DNA of 64,000 nucleotides from Candidatus Wirthbacteria bacterium. Lineage in GTDB: Bacteria; Patescibacteriota; CG2-30-54-11. The DNA lies in assembly GCA_903889905.1 (NCBI GenBank), contig CAISZI010000048.1:70668-134667 (forward strand), read 5' to 3'. The notes below the pieces were generated by a model, which saw nothing but the letters and a program-made list of their open reading frames with translations, was not told the DNA's origin and made no database searches. Below are positions 1 through 9,723 of the stretch, in pieces. A program made the translations under genes and the position numbers. Position 1 is the first letter of the stretch. Each line of letters starts with the position of its first letter.

Positions 1-83
1 TAGAACCTATGATGTCCAACCCAAAGTAGAGACGCAAAAACTTGCGTCTCTACTTGTCAATTCACCCCGTTGCGCCTTAAGAT

Positions 84-1937
84 GTGAGTATCGTCAACCC
101 ACACCTGGAAAAAGCCGCAATGACAGCTAACACAACCGAAAAAATTGCCGTTCTCGACTTTGGTGGACAATACGCCCATTTGATCGCCAAACGCGTGCGT
201 GACCTGGGGGCACATTCCGAAATTCTGCTACCCGACGCTGCTTCCGCCAAACTTAAAACTTACAAAGGGATCATCCTCTCGGGTGGACCAGCGTTTGTTT
301 TTGCCGCCGATGCACCCCCGTATAATCCCGACCTTTTCAGCCTCGGTATTCCGGTCCTGGGTGTCTGCTACGGCCATCAACTGATGGCCTACACCAATGG
401 TGGCGAGGCGCAAAAGGGCGAACGGCGTGAAGATGGCTTTGCGCAGCTGCAGATCAAGGATTCTTCATCGCTGCTCCAGGGGTGGAACGAAACGGAAACC
501 GTCTGGATGAGCCACGGCAGCGAAGTCAATAAGTTGCCACCGGGTTTTACGATCCTGGCCTCCACCGAGAACTGTCCGATTGCGGTCATGGGTGACCTGA
601 GTCGTAAACTCTATGGCATCCAGTTTCACGCCGAAGTCACCCACACCCCCAAAGGCATACAGCTTTACGACAATTTTCTCAATATTTGTGGCATCGCGCG
701 AACCTGGAAAATCAGCAATCTGATCCCACAAATTCTGGAGAACATCCGCACCCAGGTCCAGGATCGCAACGTTTTCCTGCTCGTCTCCGGTGGCATTGAT
801 TCCACTGTCGCTTTTATGCTACTCAACCAGGCGCTGGGCAAGGAGCGCGTGTATGGTCTGCATGTGGACACAGGTTTTATGCGCCAGGACGAAAGCCACA
901 AAGTGCAAACCGCCCTGCGCCAAATTGGGATGGACAATTTCCACATTGTCGATGCCTCGATCCAGTTTTTGCAGGCAGTTAATCGGCTGATCGATCCCGA
1001 ACAAAAACGCCGCGCCATTGGCAAGGTTTTCCTGGACGTTCAAACCAGCGAAACGTCCCGTATGAAACTTGATCCAGCCAAGTGGATGCTCGGCCAGGGC
1101 ACACTCTACCCAGACACGATCGAAAGTGGCGGCACCAAACACGCTGACACGATCAAAACCCACCACAACCGCGTGCCTGAAATTCAGGCCATGATTGACC
1201 AGGGACTGGTGGTTGAACCCGTCGCCAATCTTTATAAAGACGAAGTGCGTAAAATTGGCGAAGAACTGGGACTGCCCGAAGAACTTGTCTGGCGTCACAC
1301 TTTCCCCGGTCCGGGACTGGCTGTGCAGGAAATCTGTGCCACGGCAGCCGAACCGGTTGCTGATTATGACCAACTCAAACAAAATTTAAATAAACTGACA
1401 TCCGCTCAAGGCTACAGCGCGGACATTCTGCCCATTCGCAGTGTCGGTGTCCAGGGCGACGAGCGCAGCTATGCACATCCTGCTGTGGTTATGGGTGAAC
1501 AAAACTGGACCAAACTGGCTGACCTGGCGACGCGTATTACCAACCAATTTCGTGCCATCAACCGTGTCATCTTCCTGGTCCAGCCAGAGCAACTCGCAAG
1601 CAGCAAGCTGCAACAGATCAAACCCACGACGATCACGCGCCAAAGTCTCAACCTCCATCGCCAGGCCGACGATGTGGCCAACCAGATTTTACTCAAACAC
1701 GACCTCTACCGCACCCTTTATGAGTTTCCCGTGGTTATGATTCCGATCAGCCCCGCAGGTGGACAAAGCATCGTGCTGCGGCCGCTGTATTCCGAAAATG
1801 TGATGACCGTCGAATTCGCCAAACTCCCCTGGCCCGTGGTGCAGCAAATGGCCACGGCTATCCTGGCTTTGCCGGGCATAGACGCAGTCTTCTACGATAT
1901 CACCAACAAACCACCGGGCACGGTGCAGTGGGAATAG
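84..1937 (+). CDS. guaA: GMP synthase (glutamine-hydrolysing); N-terminal class-I GATase plus ATP-pyrophosphatase (SGGIDS P-loop) plus C-terminal dimerisation domain ending ...GTVQWE
   Basis: 617-aa ORF. GATase motifs (GGQYAHLIAKRVRDLG, GVCYGHQLM), PP-loop LLVSGGIDSTV, conserved C-terminus. It is ~90 aa longer than typical bacterial GuaA because of an insertion in the middle domain. Confidence 0.9.
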   Translation: MSIVNPHLEKAAMTANTTEKIAVLDFGGQYAHLIAKRVRDLGAHSEILLPDAASAKLKTYKGIILSGGPAFVFAADAPPYNPDLFSLGIPVLGVCYGHQLMAYTNGGEAQKGERREDGFAQLQIKDSSSLLQGWNETETVWMSHGSEVNKLPPGFTILASTENCPIAVMGDLSRKLYGIQFHAEVTHTPKGIQLYDNFLNICGIARTWKISNLIPQILENIRTQVQDRNVFLLVSGGIDSTVAFMLLNQALGKERVYGLHVDTGFMRQDESHKVQTALRQIGMDNFHIVDASIQFLQAVNRLIDPEQKRRAIGKVFLDVQTSETSRMKLDPAKWMLGQGTLYPDTIESGGTKHADTIKTHHNRVPEIQAMIDQGLVVEPVANLYKDEVRKIGEELGLPEELVWRHTFPGPGLAVQEICATAAEPVADYDQLKQNLNKLTSAQGYSADILPIRSVGVQGDERSYAHPAVVMGEQNWTKLADLATRITNQFRAINRVIFLVQPEQLASSKLQQIKPTTITRQSLNLHRQADDVANQILLKHDLYRTLYEFPVVMIPISPAGGQSIVLRPLYSENVMTVEFAKLPWPVVQQMATAILALPGIDAVFYDITNKPPGTVQWE

Positions 1938-1938
1938 A

Positions 1939-3729
1939 CTAGGGAATCACTTCCAGCTGTGTAAACACTGCTGCTGAACAGGTCACATCCTGCAGCAGAT
2001 CGGTTTTGTTAATGACCCCAAAAAACCAAGTTCCGCTAGAAAGTGTCGCGTCGAGTGTTTTGCCTGTGGCGCTGACACTTTCATTTTGGACATCCGTCAG
2101 GTCGCAGGCCGTTGGCTTGGCCTTGATTTTGGAAAAAGTCACGATGTAGGCACCACCGGAAATGCTGTCATTCCAGCTTACATTGACCTTGCCTTTGCCC
2201 AGATTCACAGCCTGAAACTTGGTGATCGCACCGGTGCTGGCCGGCGGCGGCGTTGGCGGCGTCAAACTGACGACAAGCACATTCGACGAGGCCAGACAGT
2301 CGGCGCCTTGCGTCAGACAAAGTTTAAAATACCACGTGCCCAGCGTTGGCAAGATCAGCTGCGCGGTGCTGACAGCTTTGCCGTAAGTGGCAGCAGAAAT
2401 ACTGCTCCCATCATTTACGGAGGCCTGATCCTGGCCATAAACCAGTTTAAACCCACTGGCGGCGTCATATCCGATAACTTGCCACTTCAAATTCAGCGTC
2501 TGACCGCTGGCACTTATTTTTTGGAGCAATACATACGGCTGTGCCGCGACCGGCGTGGAAGTGGTAGAACTGTTGTTAGCTGGTGTCGTCGTTGTCGGCG
2601 TGGCTGTGGCAGGGGTTTGAGTTGCGGGAGAATAACTGATCGAAACCTGTTTTTGGTTGTGATTACCCAATTTGTCATCTGCAGTAACAACGACCAAGTT
2701 GTCGCCATCCTTCAAAGCCACATCCAGGGTAAACTTACCGTCATTTCCCAATTCCACTTTCTGGCCATTGATACTGACCAGGCTGACGCCACTGCCTACG
2801 ACAGAGCCACTTACCGACGTTTTGTCGGCGGTTGACTTCTCTCCATCTTTGGGCGTGTCAATGGTAATTACCGGCCCACTCTGGTCGCCCAGAATTCCCA
2901 TGTCGAAACCCAATTGGGAATCACGGTCGCTGTTTTGGGTAATCCACTGCAACCCAAGGTCGTCTTTGTGCAAATCGCTTTGCAGGTAATTTTTGCCGCT
3001 GTGGCTGATCGTCATCATCTGGCCTTCGGTCATGTCCAGCGTCTGGTCAAAAAGCTGTACCTGCACGCCGTGTTGCAGCGTCATCACTTTGTCCAGGCCG
3101 GCACCATCATCAACTTTGGTATCAAAAGCGGTACCGCGCGCAATCACAATCGATGACGGCAGCAACACACGATATTCAATGTCGGTATTGGTATGGGGTT
3201 TGATCCGGTGATAAACCTCACCACTTATTTGGGAAAACGTCACACTCTGCAAGTTGTTGCCGCTGCTGTCTGCTTCAAGTGACTGCACGATCACGTCTGA
3301 TCCAGAGGCCAGCCGCATTTCACCGCCATCATAAAGGGACAACACGGCATAGCCATTGTCACCGGTAATGATTTCACTGCCTTCCTGAAAACGCATGCCT
3401 TCCTGCGCCAGTTGCACCCGATCGGTGAGCTGGCGGTACTGAACCAACCCCGTCATTTTAACCAGCACCAGGCCTTTTTGATTGAGGTTGTTCCCGGCAA
3501 TAACAATGGCACCGCCCCGGGCAAAAAACAGCGAATAGACCAGAAATACAAACAACAACCCGCCCGCGATCACCCCGCCAAACATGGCATAACGACGGTA
3601 TTTTTCGCCACGGGCCGAGATCTTCTCTTTTTCAACCTTCCATTGCAATTCTTGCAGCGGCGCAGGGACATCGGTAACGGTCGGTTTTGTGATTTGTGGC
3701 AACGGAGACGACATTTCTGTTTCTTCCAA
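1939..3729 (-). CDS. membrane-anchored FecR-domain protein with C-terminal Ig-like/FN3-like beta domains (anti-sigma-like architecture, function unknown)
   Basis: 596-aa ORF. Short cytoplasmic N-terminus, one TM helix (FGGVIAGGLLFVFLVYSLFF), a FecR-like segment (GDNGYAVLSLYDGGEMRLASGSDV...), then Thr/Pro-rich linkers and beta-rich domains. Confidence 0.45.
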   Translation of the reverse strand: MEETEMSSPLPQITKPTVTDVPAPLQELQWKVEKEKISARGEKYRRYAMFGGVIAGGLLFVFLVYSLFFARGGAIVIAGNNLNQKGLVLVKMTGLVQYRQLTDRVQLAQEGMRFQEGSEIITGDNGYAVLSLYDGGEMRLASGSDVIVQSLEADSSGNNLQSVTFSQISGEVYHRIKPHTNTDIEYRVLLPSSIVIARGTAFDTKVDDGAGLDKVMTLQHGVQVQLFDQTLDMTEGQMMTISHSGKNYLQSDLHKDDLGLQWITQNSDRDSQLGFDMGILGDQSGPVITIDTPKDGEKSTADKTSVSGSVVGSGVSLVSINGQKVELGNDGKFTLDVALKDGDNLVVVTADDKLGNHNQKQVSISYSPATQTPATATPTTTTPANNSSTTSTPVAAQPYVLLQKISASGQTLNLKWQVIGYDAASGFKLVYGQDQASVNDGSSISAATYGKAVSTAQLILPTLGTWYFKLCLTQGADCLASSNVLVVSLTPPTPPPASTGAITKFQAVNLGKGKVNVSWNDSISGGAYIVTFSKIKAKPTACDLTDVQNESVSATGKTLDATLSSGTWFFGVINKTDLLQDVTCSAAVFTQLEVIP

Positions 3730-3799
3730 AATTTAACCTGCAACCACCCGCCAGTTTGCCACGTTTAAGCTTTCGAGGCAACTTGTTTGACTAAAAAAT

Positions 3800-3848
3800 C
3801 GGTATAAAAAAGCATCATTCCCGCAGAAACGCTTCAAGGGAATGATGC
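3800..3848 (-). terminator. putative Rho-independent terminator downstream of tRNA-Val on the minus strand
   Basis: Perfect 11-bp stem gcatcattccc/gggaatgatgc (3812-3822 and 3838-3848) with a 15-nt loop. On the minus strand it is followed by TTTTTTATACCGATTTTTT. Confidence 0.45.
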
Positions 3849-3900
3849 ACCGCTTATTTCTTTTGCCTACTTTTCTTTTTGAAAGAAAAGTAGAACTCTG

Positions 3901-3979
3901 TGGTGGGCGGTATAGGACTCGAACCTATGACCTTCTGCACGTCAAGCAGACGCTCTAACCAACTGAGCTAACCGCCCCC
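3901..3979 (-). tRNA. tRNA-Val (anticodon GAC), CCA encoded
   Basis: Reverse complement reads GGGGGCGGTTAGCTCAGTTGGTTAGAGCG-TCTGC-TTGACGT-GCAGA-AGGTCATAGGTTCGAGTCCTATACCGCCCACCA. It has a 7-bp acceptor stem, GTTCGAGTC T-loop, and anticodon loop TTGACGT. Confidence 0.85.
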
Positions 3980-4221
3980 AATGCACCGTCTTTTTATACC
4001 CTAAACCCCCCTATTTGACAAGCCTGCTCAAAAGTTGTTATTTAAGTACGAACTTCTTACCCATGCACCAACTTGTCCCACTGCGGGACGGAGAAGAGAT
4101 GCCCATACCCACCCGACACCAGCCAATCCTGCCAACGCCAAGCAAGAGCAAGTCATCTGAAATCGCCAGTAACTACTAGCGCAAATTCATCAAAACAGTC
4201 AGCACTCCCGCCAGCGTTGCC

Positions 4222-5715
4222 ATGATCGGACTGGCTGTGCTGGTGTTGTTTGTCCTGTTTAAGGCATGGTGGAATGCCTGGGATACTGCGCAGTGGCACG
4301 CCGATGCCGGCAGCGAAATGCTTGACATGCTGCATATGGTTCGTGACCGTGCCTGGCTGCAGTTGGGTGCACCTTCGAGCACAGGCGGATATCGCCTGCC
4401 TCCCTTCTTCTACCTGCTTTTAATTCCCAGCGCCATACTGGCCAACTGGAACCCGCTTGGCCCGATTCTCTTTGGAGCCACACTCAATGTTTTGGCCCTG
4501 CCGCTATTGTATGCAGCCGTCCACAAAGTCACCAGGCGATACAGCTCGGCCCTGATGGCAACCTACGTGTTAGGATTGTCAACAGCACTGATGCCACTCT
4601 TCCGGTCGATGTGGTCCGTCTATCCCGGTCTTTTTTTTATGGCGCTGTTTCTCTATGGTGGCACGCACCTGGACATTGGCAAATTCAAAGCAACACTGGC
4701 GCTTGCCATCAGTACAGCCGCCCTCTGGAGTTTTCATACGTTTCTATTTTTTACTTTGCCCATGGGATTGCTATTCTTTGCCTATTCTATCAGAAAAAGC
4801 ACCAAACGTTTCCAGCATGCCGCTGTGTTTGTCTCAACTATCGTCGGCATCAACCTGACGCTGATTTTGGCAGAATTCCACCGCCACTTTGCCAATCTGC
4901 ACGGCTTTGTTCATGACCTGAACCACACCCAAAAAGCATCGCTTAACTACTTTAACCACATCGGACCGTTCTGGCAGCTTACCGTCCGATTCTTCCTGCA
5001 ATTTCTCTGGCCAAAAGCTGTTGGCAACCGCGTTTATCAGCTCAGCTCTGTACTGCTCGTGCTGGCTATTGGCTGTGTTCTGGTTTATGTGTCAAAAAAG
5101 CTCTACGCCAAAAACATGGCTCGGGACGTCGCCTTTGTGATTCTCTTTTTCATGATTGGGTTTTTGGAACTTTTTGCCTACAAAGGTCCGTGGGCTGGTT
5201 GGTACTTTATTCCGCTCTGGCTGCTGCCACCCGTGCTTTGCGGAGTCAGCGTTGGTTTTTTGTGCCACCTCGCCGGAGCCAATCGGCGCAGGCAATGGAG
5301 CCTCCTGATCGCCTTGTGCCTGGCTCTTTGTATTCAGGCATTGGTAAACATTAACCAAACCAGAGTGGCCTATTTAATCCGTACCTCCAATCTATCCTAT
5401 GCCACTCGCTACTTGTCTGATGTGGCCAGCCTAACGCACTGGATCGAAGAGGATGCCAGGGGCAAGCCCTTCGCTTTTTACAACAGTGAATATCCATCCA
5501 ACCCTTCCGACTACACTTTTTTCTTTATACGTGACCACAGCCTTTACCAAAACACGGCCAGCGTCCTTTACCTGCTCATCGGTTCCAAAACGCCAGATAA
5601 TGAAAGCATCAAATGGATTGCCTGCGTGCAGCACCCGCCTGCATTTCAATTCCGGGATTTCGCCATTTACCGTTTAACCGCACCGCAATGCCTGCATATT
5701 GCCTTGAGTAAATAG
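4222..5715 (+). CDS. polytopic membrane GT-C-fold glycosyltransferase (PMT/ArnT, family-39-like)
   Basis: 497-aa ORF, at least 10 predicted TM helices, start preceded by a promoter-like region. Next to a second GT-C paralog and a polyprenol-P-mannose synthase. Confidence 0.5.
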   Translation: MIGLAVLVLFVLFKAWWNAWDTAQWHADAGSEMLDMLHMVRDRAWLQLGAPSSTGGYRLPPFFYLLLIPSAILANWNPLGPILFGATLNVLALPLLYAAVHKVTRRYSSALMATYVLGLSTALMPLFRSMWSVYPGLFFMALFLYGGTHLDIGKFKATLALAISTAALWSFHTFLFFTLPMGLLFFAYSIRKSTKRFQHAAVFVSTIVGINLTLILAEFHRHFANLHGFVHDLNHTQKASLNYFNHIGPFWQLTVRFFLQFLWPKAVGNRVYQLSSVLLVLAIGCVLVYVSKKLYAKNMARDVAFVILFFMIGFLELFAYKGPWAGWYFIPLWLLPPVLCGVSVGFLCHLAGANRRRQWSLLIALCLALCIQALVNINQTRVAYLIRTSNLSYATRYLSDVASLTHWIEEDARGKPFAFYNSEYPSNPSDYTFFFIRDHSLYQNTASVLYLLIGSKTPDNESIKWIACVQHPPAFQFRDFAIYRLTAPQCLHIALSK

Positions 5716-5724
5716 ATAAAAATA

Positions 5725-7587
5725 ATGCTTCAACCCAAATCATCACTTAAAACTGCCATACTGGCAACGCTTGGCGCAGTAATGTTATGTGCACTGATCC
5801 TGCTGGTCTGGCTGGGCAAGAACTCAGTGCCAACGCTTTGGGATCAGGGGCGCCATACTGGACTGAGTTACTACTATTTCAACACGCTCAAATTACATGG
5901 CATTAGTCATTTTATCGGCGCACTTGCCCATTATAATTATTACCCGCCGTTTTATTATTTGCCGTCCCTGCCACTCTATGCTGTTTTTGGCCTGCATGAC
6001 GCCACGGCAATAGCGAGCAACCTTATTTACCTCGCTCTACTGGCGCTGTTCACTTTCCTGTCTACCTACAAACTTTCAGAGCGCAAACCGGGCGCGGCAC
6101 TGATCGCGGCGGTCCTGGTGATCACCTTTCCATTTCTGTCCTACCAGACCAAGGAATTCATGCCCGACGTGGCGCTTACGGCCGTGCTCGCTTGCGGTTT
6201 CTGGTTGTTACTCAAAACTGACCAGTTCAGTAAACCAAAATGGTCCCTGCTCTGGGGAGCAAGTCTGGGAGTCGGCATGCTGGTCAAATGGACTTATGCT
6301 TTTTACTGGATCATTCCGATCAGCTGGTATCTGATCTGTTATTGGTCCCACGGTTTTAGATCTAGGAAACTGCTGGTCACAGCCAGCCTGTATCTGGTGG
6401 CCAACCTGGGCGGTATGTTCTGGCTTATTCAGCGGCATGGCCCTTTTTCCAGCCACTCCCGCTTTCCCGCGGTTGTCGGACTTGCCGCTCTGCTCATGAT
6501 GGCAGGCGGCGTCACATTACTGGTCTGGCTGAACGCCTGGTCAACGCATCGGTCCCAACCGTTTAACCTCAAACAGATCCATCACCTGCTGGGTCAAACG
6601 TTGCATCACCAGGCCGTATTGCCACTGCTTAACCTGTGCGCCAGCCTGGTCACTGGCGCAATTGTCAGCGGCTGGTGGTATGTTCCCAATTTTGGCGATC
6701 TCTACCGCGACTTTGTCGTCAATGCCTTCAGTGCCGGCGCCCGTGAAGGAGATCCGGCCATCAGTACTTTTGCCGCCTGGACGCACTATCTCAAGGATTT
6801 GCTCGACACGCAGTTGTTTCCACTGCTGACGCTACTCGCGATCTTGGCAGCGTGCTGGTATTGCTATCGTGCTTTCCAAAAAAAACCAATTCCACCGGGC
6901 ATCCAAGGGTTGCTCATGATCCTGATTTCGGGCTTTATCATGCTTAATTTGATTCAAAACAAAGATGCGCGCTATTTTCTACCGCTAATGGTTGGATTTG
7001 CCATCCTGATTGCCTTGTGGTGGGACAAGTGCGTCAAGAACGGCTGGCTGAAATACAGCCTGGTGGTACTGATGCTGATCCGCTACTGCTGGCAATTTTT
7101 TGGGACACCGGCTGTTGTGATGGAAATGGTCAATATTGTCGACCACAACTTGTGGCAACGACCGTTGCTGGTCAACTTCATCCATAGCCACACGTGGAAG
7201 CCGAGACAGTTAAATATGCCAACTGCCGACATTGTGCAAGCAATCATCAACAATTGCCAAGCTTCAGACGCGGCCAAGCCAAAAGTACTGCTGATCCTGG
7301 GCAATGAGGCGAACGGTGATTTTAATGACTGGAACATTGCCAAGGAAAATGACCGGATAGGCACTCCCTTGATCGTTGCCTTCACGCCTGAGGTACTGCC
7401 ACCTGCCACGGCTGATTGCGTTTTACTGGCACGACAACCGGAAAGTGAACAGGCTTGGCAAAAAATATCTGCAACCCTGCCGGCAAACCTTTCCTTCGTG
7501 GTTGCAGCAAGCTGGCAATTGCCTGAAAATTTCAACCTGGAATTGATCAAAATTGACCATGCCAGCACGCCGTCAACAATTCGATAA
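5725..7587 (+). CDS. polytopic membrane GT-C-fold glycosyltransferase (ArnT/PMT family 39-like) with C-terminal soluble domain
   Basis: 620-aa ORF, many TM helices in the N-terminal two thirds, ~200-aa hydrophilic C-terminal domain. Only 9 nt from the upstream paralog, so probably an operon. Confidence 0.55.
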   Translation: MLQPKSSLKTAILATLGAVMLCALILLVWLGKNSVPTLWDQGRHTGLSYYYFNTLKLHGISHFIGALAHYNYYPPFYYLPSLPLYAVFGLHDATAIASNLIYLALLALFTFLSTYKLSERKPGAALIAAVLVITFPFLSYQTKEFMPDVALTAVLACGFWLLLKTDQFSKPKWSLLWGASLGVGMLVKWTYAFYWIIPISWYLICYWSHGFRSRKLLVTASLYLVANLGGMFWLIQRHGPFSSHSRFPAVVGLAALLMMAGGVTLLVWLNAWSTHRSQPFNLKQIHHLLGQTLHHQAVLPLLNLCASLVTGAIVSGWWYVPNFGDLYRDFVVNAFSAGAREGDPAISTFAAWTHYLKDLLDTQLFPLLTLLAILAACWYCYRAFQKKPIPPGIQGLLMILISGFIMLNLIQNKDARYFLPLMVGFAILIALWWDKCVKNGWLKYSLVVLMLIRYCWQFFGTPAVVMEMVNIVDHNLWQRPLLVNFIHSHTWKPRQLNMPTADIVQAIINNCQASDAAKPKVLLILGNEANGDFNDWNIAKENDRIGTPLIVAFTPEVLPPATADCVLLARQPESEQAWQKISATLPANLSFVVAASWQLPENFNLELIKIDHASTPSTIR

Positions 7588-7625
7588 GTCAATCAAATGG
7601 CGGGAGTGAAACAAATATCCTCTTA

Positions 7626-8351
7626 TCAGTCCGATTCTCCCGCAGATCTCGGCGTCGCGGTCCCGTGTGCATGCAGCAAAAAACCCAGGGCTTCCACGAT
7701 CATGGTCAGACTGAATTTGGATTTTCCCAGCTGCCTATCCCGGAACACGATCGGAACTTCGATAACGCGAAATCCCGCACGTAACATGGTCAAAAGCACC
7801 TGTAACTGGTAGGCATAGCCCCGGGCTGTAATCTGATCAGTATGCAACGAGCCCACCACTGGCGCGCGCATGGCCCGGAACCCACCGGTGAAATCCTTAA
7901 TCTCAAGTCGCAGCCAACTGCGTGTAAGCTCATTGCCTGCCCAACTCACCAGGCGGCGCCACCATCCCCAGTCGGTGATTTTCCCACCTTCACAGTAACG
8001 CGATCCGACTGCCACGTCCGCTACCTGCAGTGCCGCAAACAGTCGCGTCAAGTCAAACGGATCATGCGACCCATCGGCATCCATGTAGGCAATTTCGTCT
8101 GCGCCTCGACGATAAGCCTCCTGCAATCCCATCAGGCAAGCGGGGCCATAACCTTCCCTTTTAGCGCGGACCAAAACGTCGACTTGCGGTAAGTCATGAG
8201 CACAGCGACGTACCATTTGTGCCGTCCCATCTGGCGAATTGTCATCAATCACCAAAACGCACGCTTCGGGCAATGCCACAGCAATTTGCCGCAATATCTT
8301 TTCAATATTTTCGGCTTCGTTATAGGTTGCGATCACGACGTAGCGCTGCAT
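7626..8351 (-). CDS. polyprenol-phosphate mannose synthase (GT2, DPM1/Ppm1-like)
   Basis: 241-aa ORF. GT2 motifs VVIATYNEAENI, VIDDNSPDGT, DAD; length and motifs match Dol-P-Man/polyprenol-P-Man synthase catalytic subunits. Confidence 0.75.
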   Translation of the reverse strand: MQRYVVIATYNEAENIEKILRQIAVALPEACVLVIDDNSPDGTAQMVRRCAHDLPQVDVLVRAKREGYGPACLMGLQEAYRRGADEIAYMDADGSHDPFDLTRLFAALQVADVAVGSRYCEGGKITDWGWWRRLVSWAGNELTRSWLRLEIKDFTGGFRAMRAPVVGSLHTDQITARGYAYQLQVLLTMLRAGFRVIEVPIVFRDRQLGKSKFSLTMIVEALGFLLHAHGTATPRSAGESD

Positions 8352-8359
8352 TGGTATCC

Positions 8360-9232
8360 TTAGAAATCAACAAATTCAAACAGCCGCGCCACATCCCTGT
8401 CGCCATTGCCTGCCGCCAACGCTTCGTTGAGTCGTCGCATCGCGTCACCAAAGACAAGCAAACCGTCCTGCTCGGCATCAGCAGCCATCTGATTGGCATA
8501 ATTCACGTCTTTGGTCATCCACTTGAGCGCAAAATTGACACACTCAGACGGGTTCATGATGCGCTCAAACGCGCCTTTGGTGGCAGGACTTGCTGGCCCC
8601 ATTTCGAGCAAGGCTTCGCCAGTCTGGCGAATGTCCAGTCCAACTTTCTGCGCCAGCTTAAGGCTTTCCACCAGACCCAGATTATGAATGGTTTGCAAAG
8701 TGTTCAGGATCAATTTGAAACGCATGCCAGAGCCGCTGGGGCCAAAATAATAAATCTTTTTGCTGATTGCTGCCAATGTGGCGCGAACACGTTCCAAGGT
8801 TGCTTCATCGCCACCAACCAAGAGTTGTAACTGACCACTTTCGGCGCCAGTTCGGCCACCCGTTACCGGGCTGTCCAAAAAAGCCAATCCTCGCTGACCA
8901 CAGTCACCAGCCAGTCGCAAAATCCAGGGAATTGAAAGACTAGCAGAAGTTAGTAAAATCTTGTCCTTTGTTGCTCCGGCCAGAATCCCCTCGTCCCCCA
9001 ACCAGACTTCCTGCGACGCCTCATCATTGGCAACCATTTCGATCACCACCTCCGCCCTGGCCGCAGCTGTTTTGGGAGTCGCGCACCAGCGGGCTCCCTG
9101 ATCAACCAAATCCTGCACCTTGGTCTGCGTCCGGTTCCAGATTGACGTCTCAAACCCTTTGGCCAAAAAATTCTGCACCATGCCACGCCCCATAATGCCC
9201 ACGCCCACCACGGCTACTTTTTGTTTACCCAT
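8360..9232 (-). CDS. NAD(P)-dependent beta-hydroxyacid dehydrogenase (3-hydroxyisobutyrate dehydrogenase/MmsB-GarR family)
   Basis: 290-aa ORF. N-terminal Rossmann motif VAVVGVGIMGRGM, central DSPVTGG, 6PGDH-like NAD-binding signature. Confidence 0.7.
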   Translation of the reverse strand: MGKQKVAVVGVGIMGRGMVQNFLAKGFETSIWNRTQTKVQDLVDQGARWCATPKTAAARAEVVIEMVANDEASQEVWLGDEGILAGATKDKILLTSASLSIPWILRLAGDCGQRGLAFLDSPVTGGRTGAESGQLQLLVGGDEATLERVRATLAAISKKIYYFGPSGSGMRFKLILNTLQTIHNLGLVESLKLAQKVGLDIRQTGEALLEMGPASPATKGAFERIMNPSECVNFALKWMTKDVNYANQMAADAEQDGLLVFGDAMRRLNEALAAGNGDRDVARLFEFVDF

Positions 9233-9280
9233 ACTGCTGCCTCAACTAATAATTGCGACGCCGATCATCATAACGATTTG

Positions 9281-9320
9281 ACAACAAAATAAAAAGTACT
9301 GATCAAGACCAGTACTTTTA
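9281..9320. terminator. bidirectional hairpin terminator between the lipoprotein gene and the dehydrogenase gene
   Basis: Stem agtactg/cagtact (9295-9301 and 9310-9316) with an 8-nt loop. A- and T-tracts on both sides (acaacaaaataaaaa ... ttttatt). Confidence 0.4.
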
Positions 9321-9336
9321 TTACTTTGGAATAAGA

Positions 9337-9723
9337 TCAGTAGCCCAATTGCTGATTAGTAACAGCACTCGAACTGAAATCATTGGTATCAATTTGATTG
9401 AGCAAAGCATCTATTTTTTTGATGCCATCCGTTACCTTCTGCTTGACCGGTACCTCTGTCACTGCTGGCGCTGATGATGTGACATTATTTGACTGCGGTA
9501 GCGTCGTCTTGGTGTTCGGATTGAGCTGATCGGGCGACAAGTTTGTCGATGGATTCAGGTTAGCAGGTGAACTTCGTGGTGGCTTGTTCTGTAACGGTAA
9601 CGTAAGCGGCGACGTCACCGGTTCGCCACGACTGATCAGAGCAGTCTTAGCGTTGCCACAGGCTGTAAGTAGCAGGCAACCACCAAGCAGTGTTAACAGC
9701 ACAAGCGCACGACGGATGCTCAT
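9337..9723 (-). CDS. small secreted lipoprotein (lipobox LLTAC), Pro/Asn/Thr-rich
   Basis: 128-aa ORF. Signal peptide MSIRRALVLLTLLGGCLLLTAC|GN then low-complexity mature region. Its stop overlaps the start of the upstream gene. Confidence 0.5.
   Translation of the reverse strand: MSIRRALVLLTLLGGCLLLTACGNAKTALISRGEPVTSPLTLPLQNKPPRSSPANLNPSTNLSPDQLNPNTKTTLPQSNNVTSSAPAVTEVPVKQKVTDGIKKIDALLNQIDTNDFSSSAVTNQQLGY

Noticed and set aside
1965-2015. Stem-loop ctgctgc…gcagcag just after the guaA stop
   Set aside because: It lies within the 3' coding region of the convergent FecR-domain gene, and no T-tract follows the stem on either strand.
2086-2835. Long antisense ORFs in the six-frame track (for example 2086-2835 +, 819-1382 -, 20617-21432 -, 21826-22395 -, 46356-46841 -, 35129-35701 +)
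   Set aside because: They lie entirely inside, and opposite to, much longer ORFs with clear family motifs. They have biased low-complexity composition and no RBS, so they are treated as shadow ORFs.
3901-3979. tRNA-Val as the integration site of the defense island
   Set aside because: The island begins ~46 kb away, and no integrase or tRNA 3'-end direct repeat was seen next to the tRNA. The flanking genes look like ordinary chromosomal genes.
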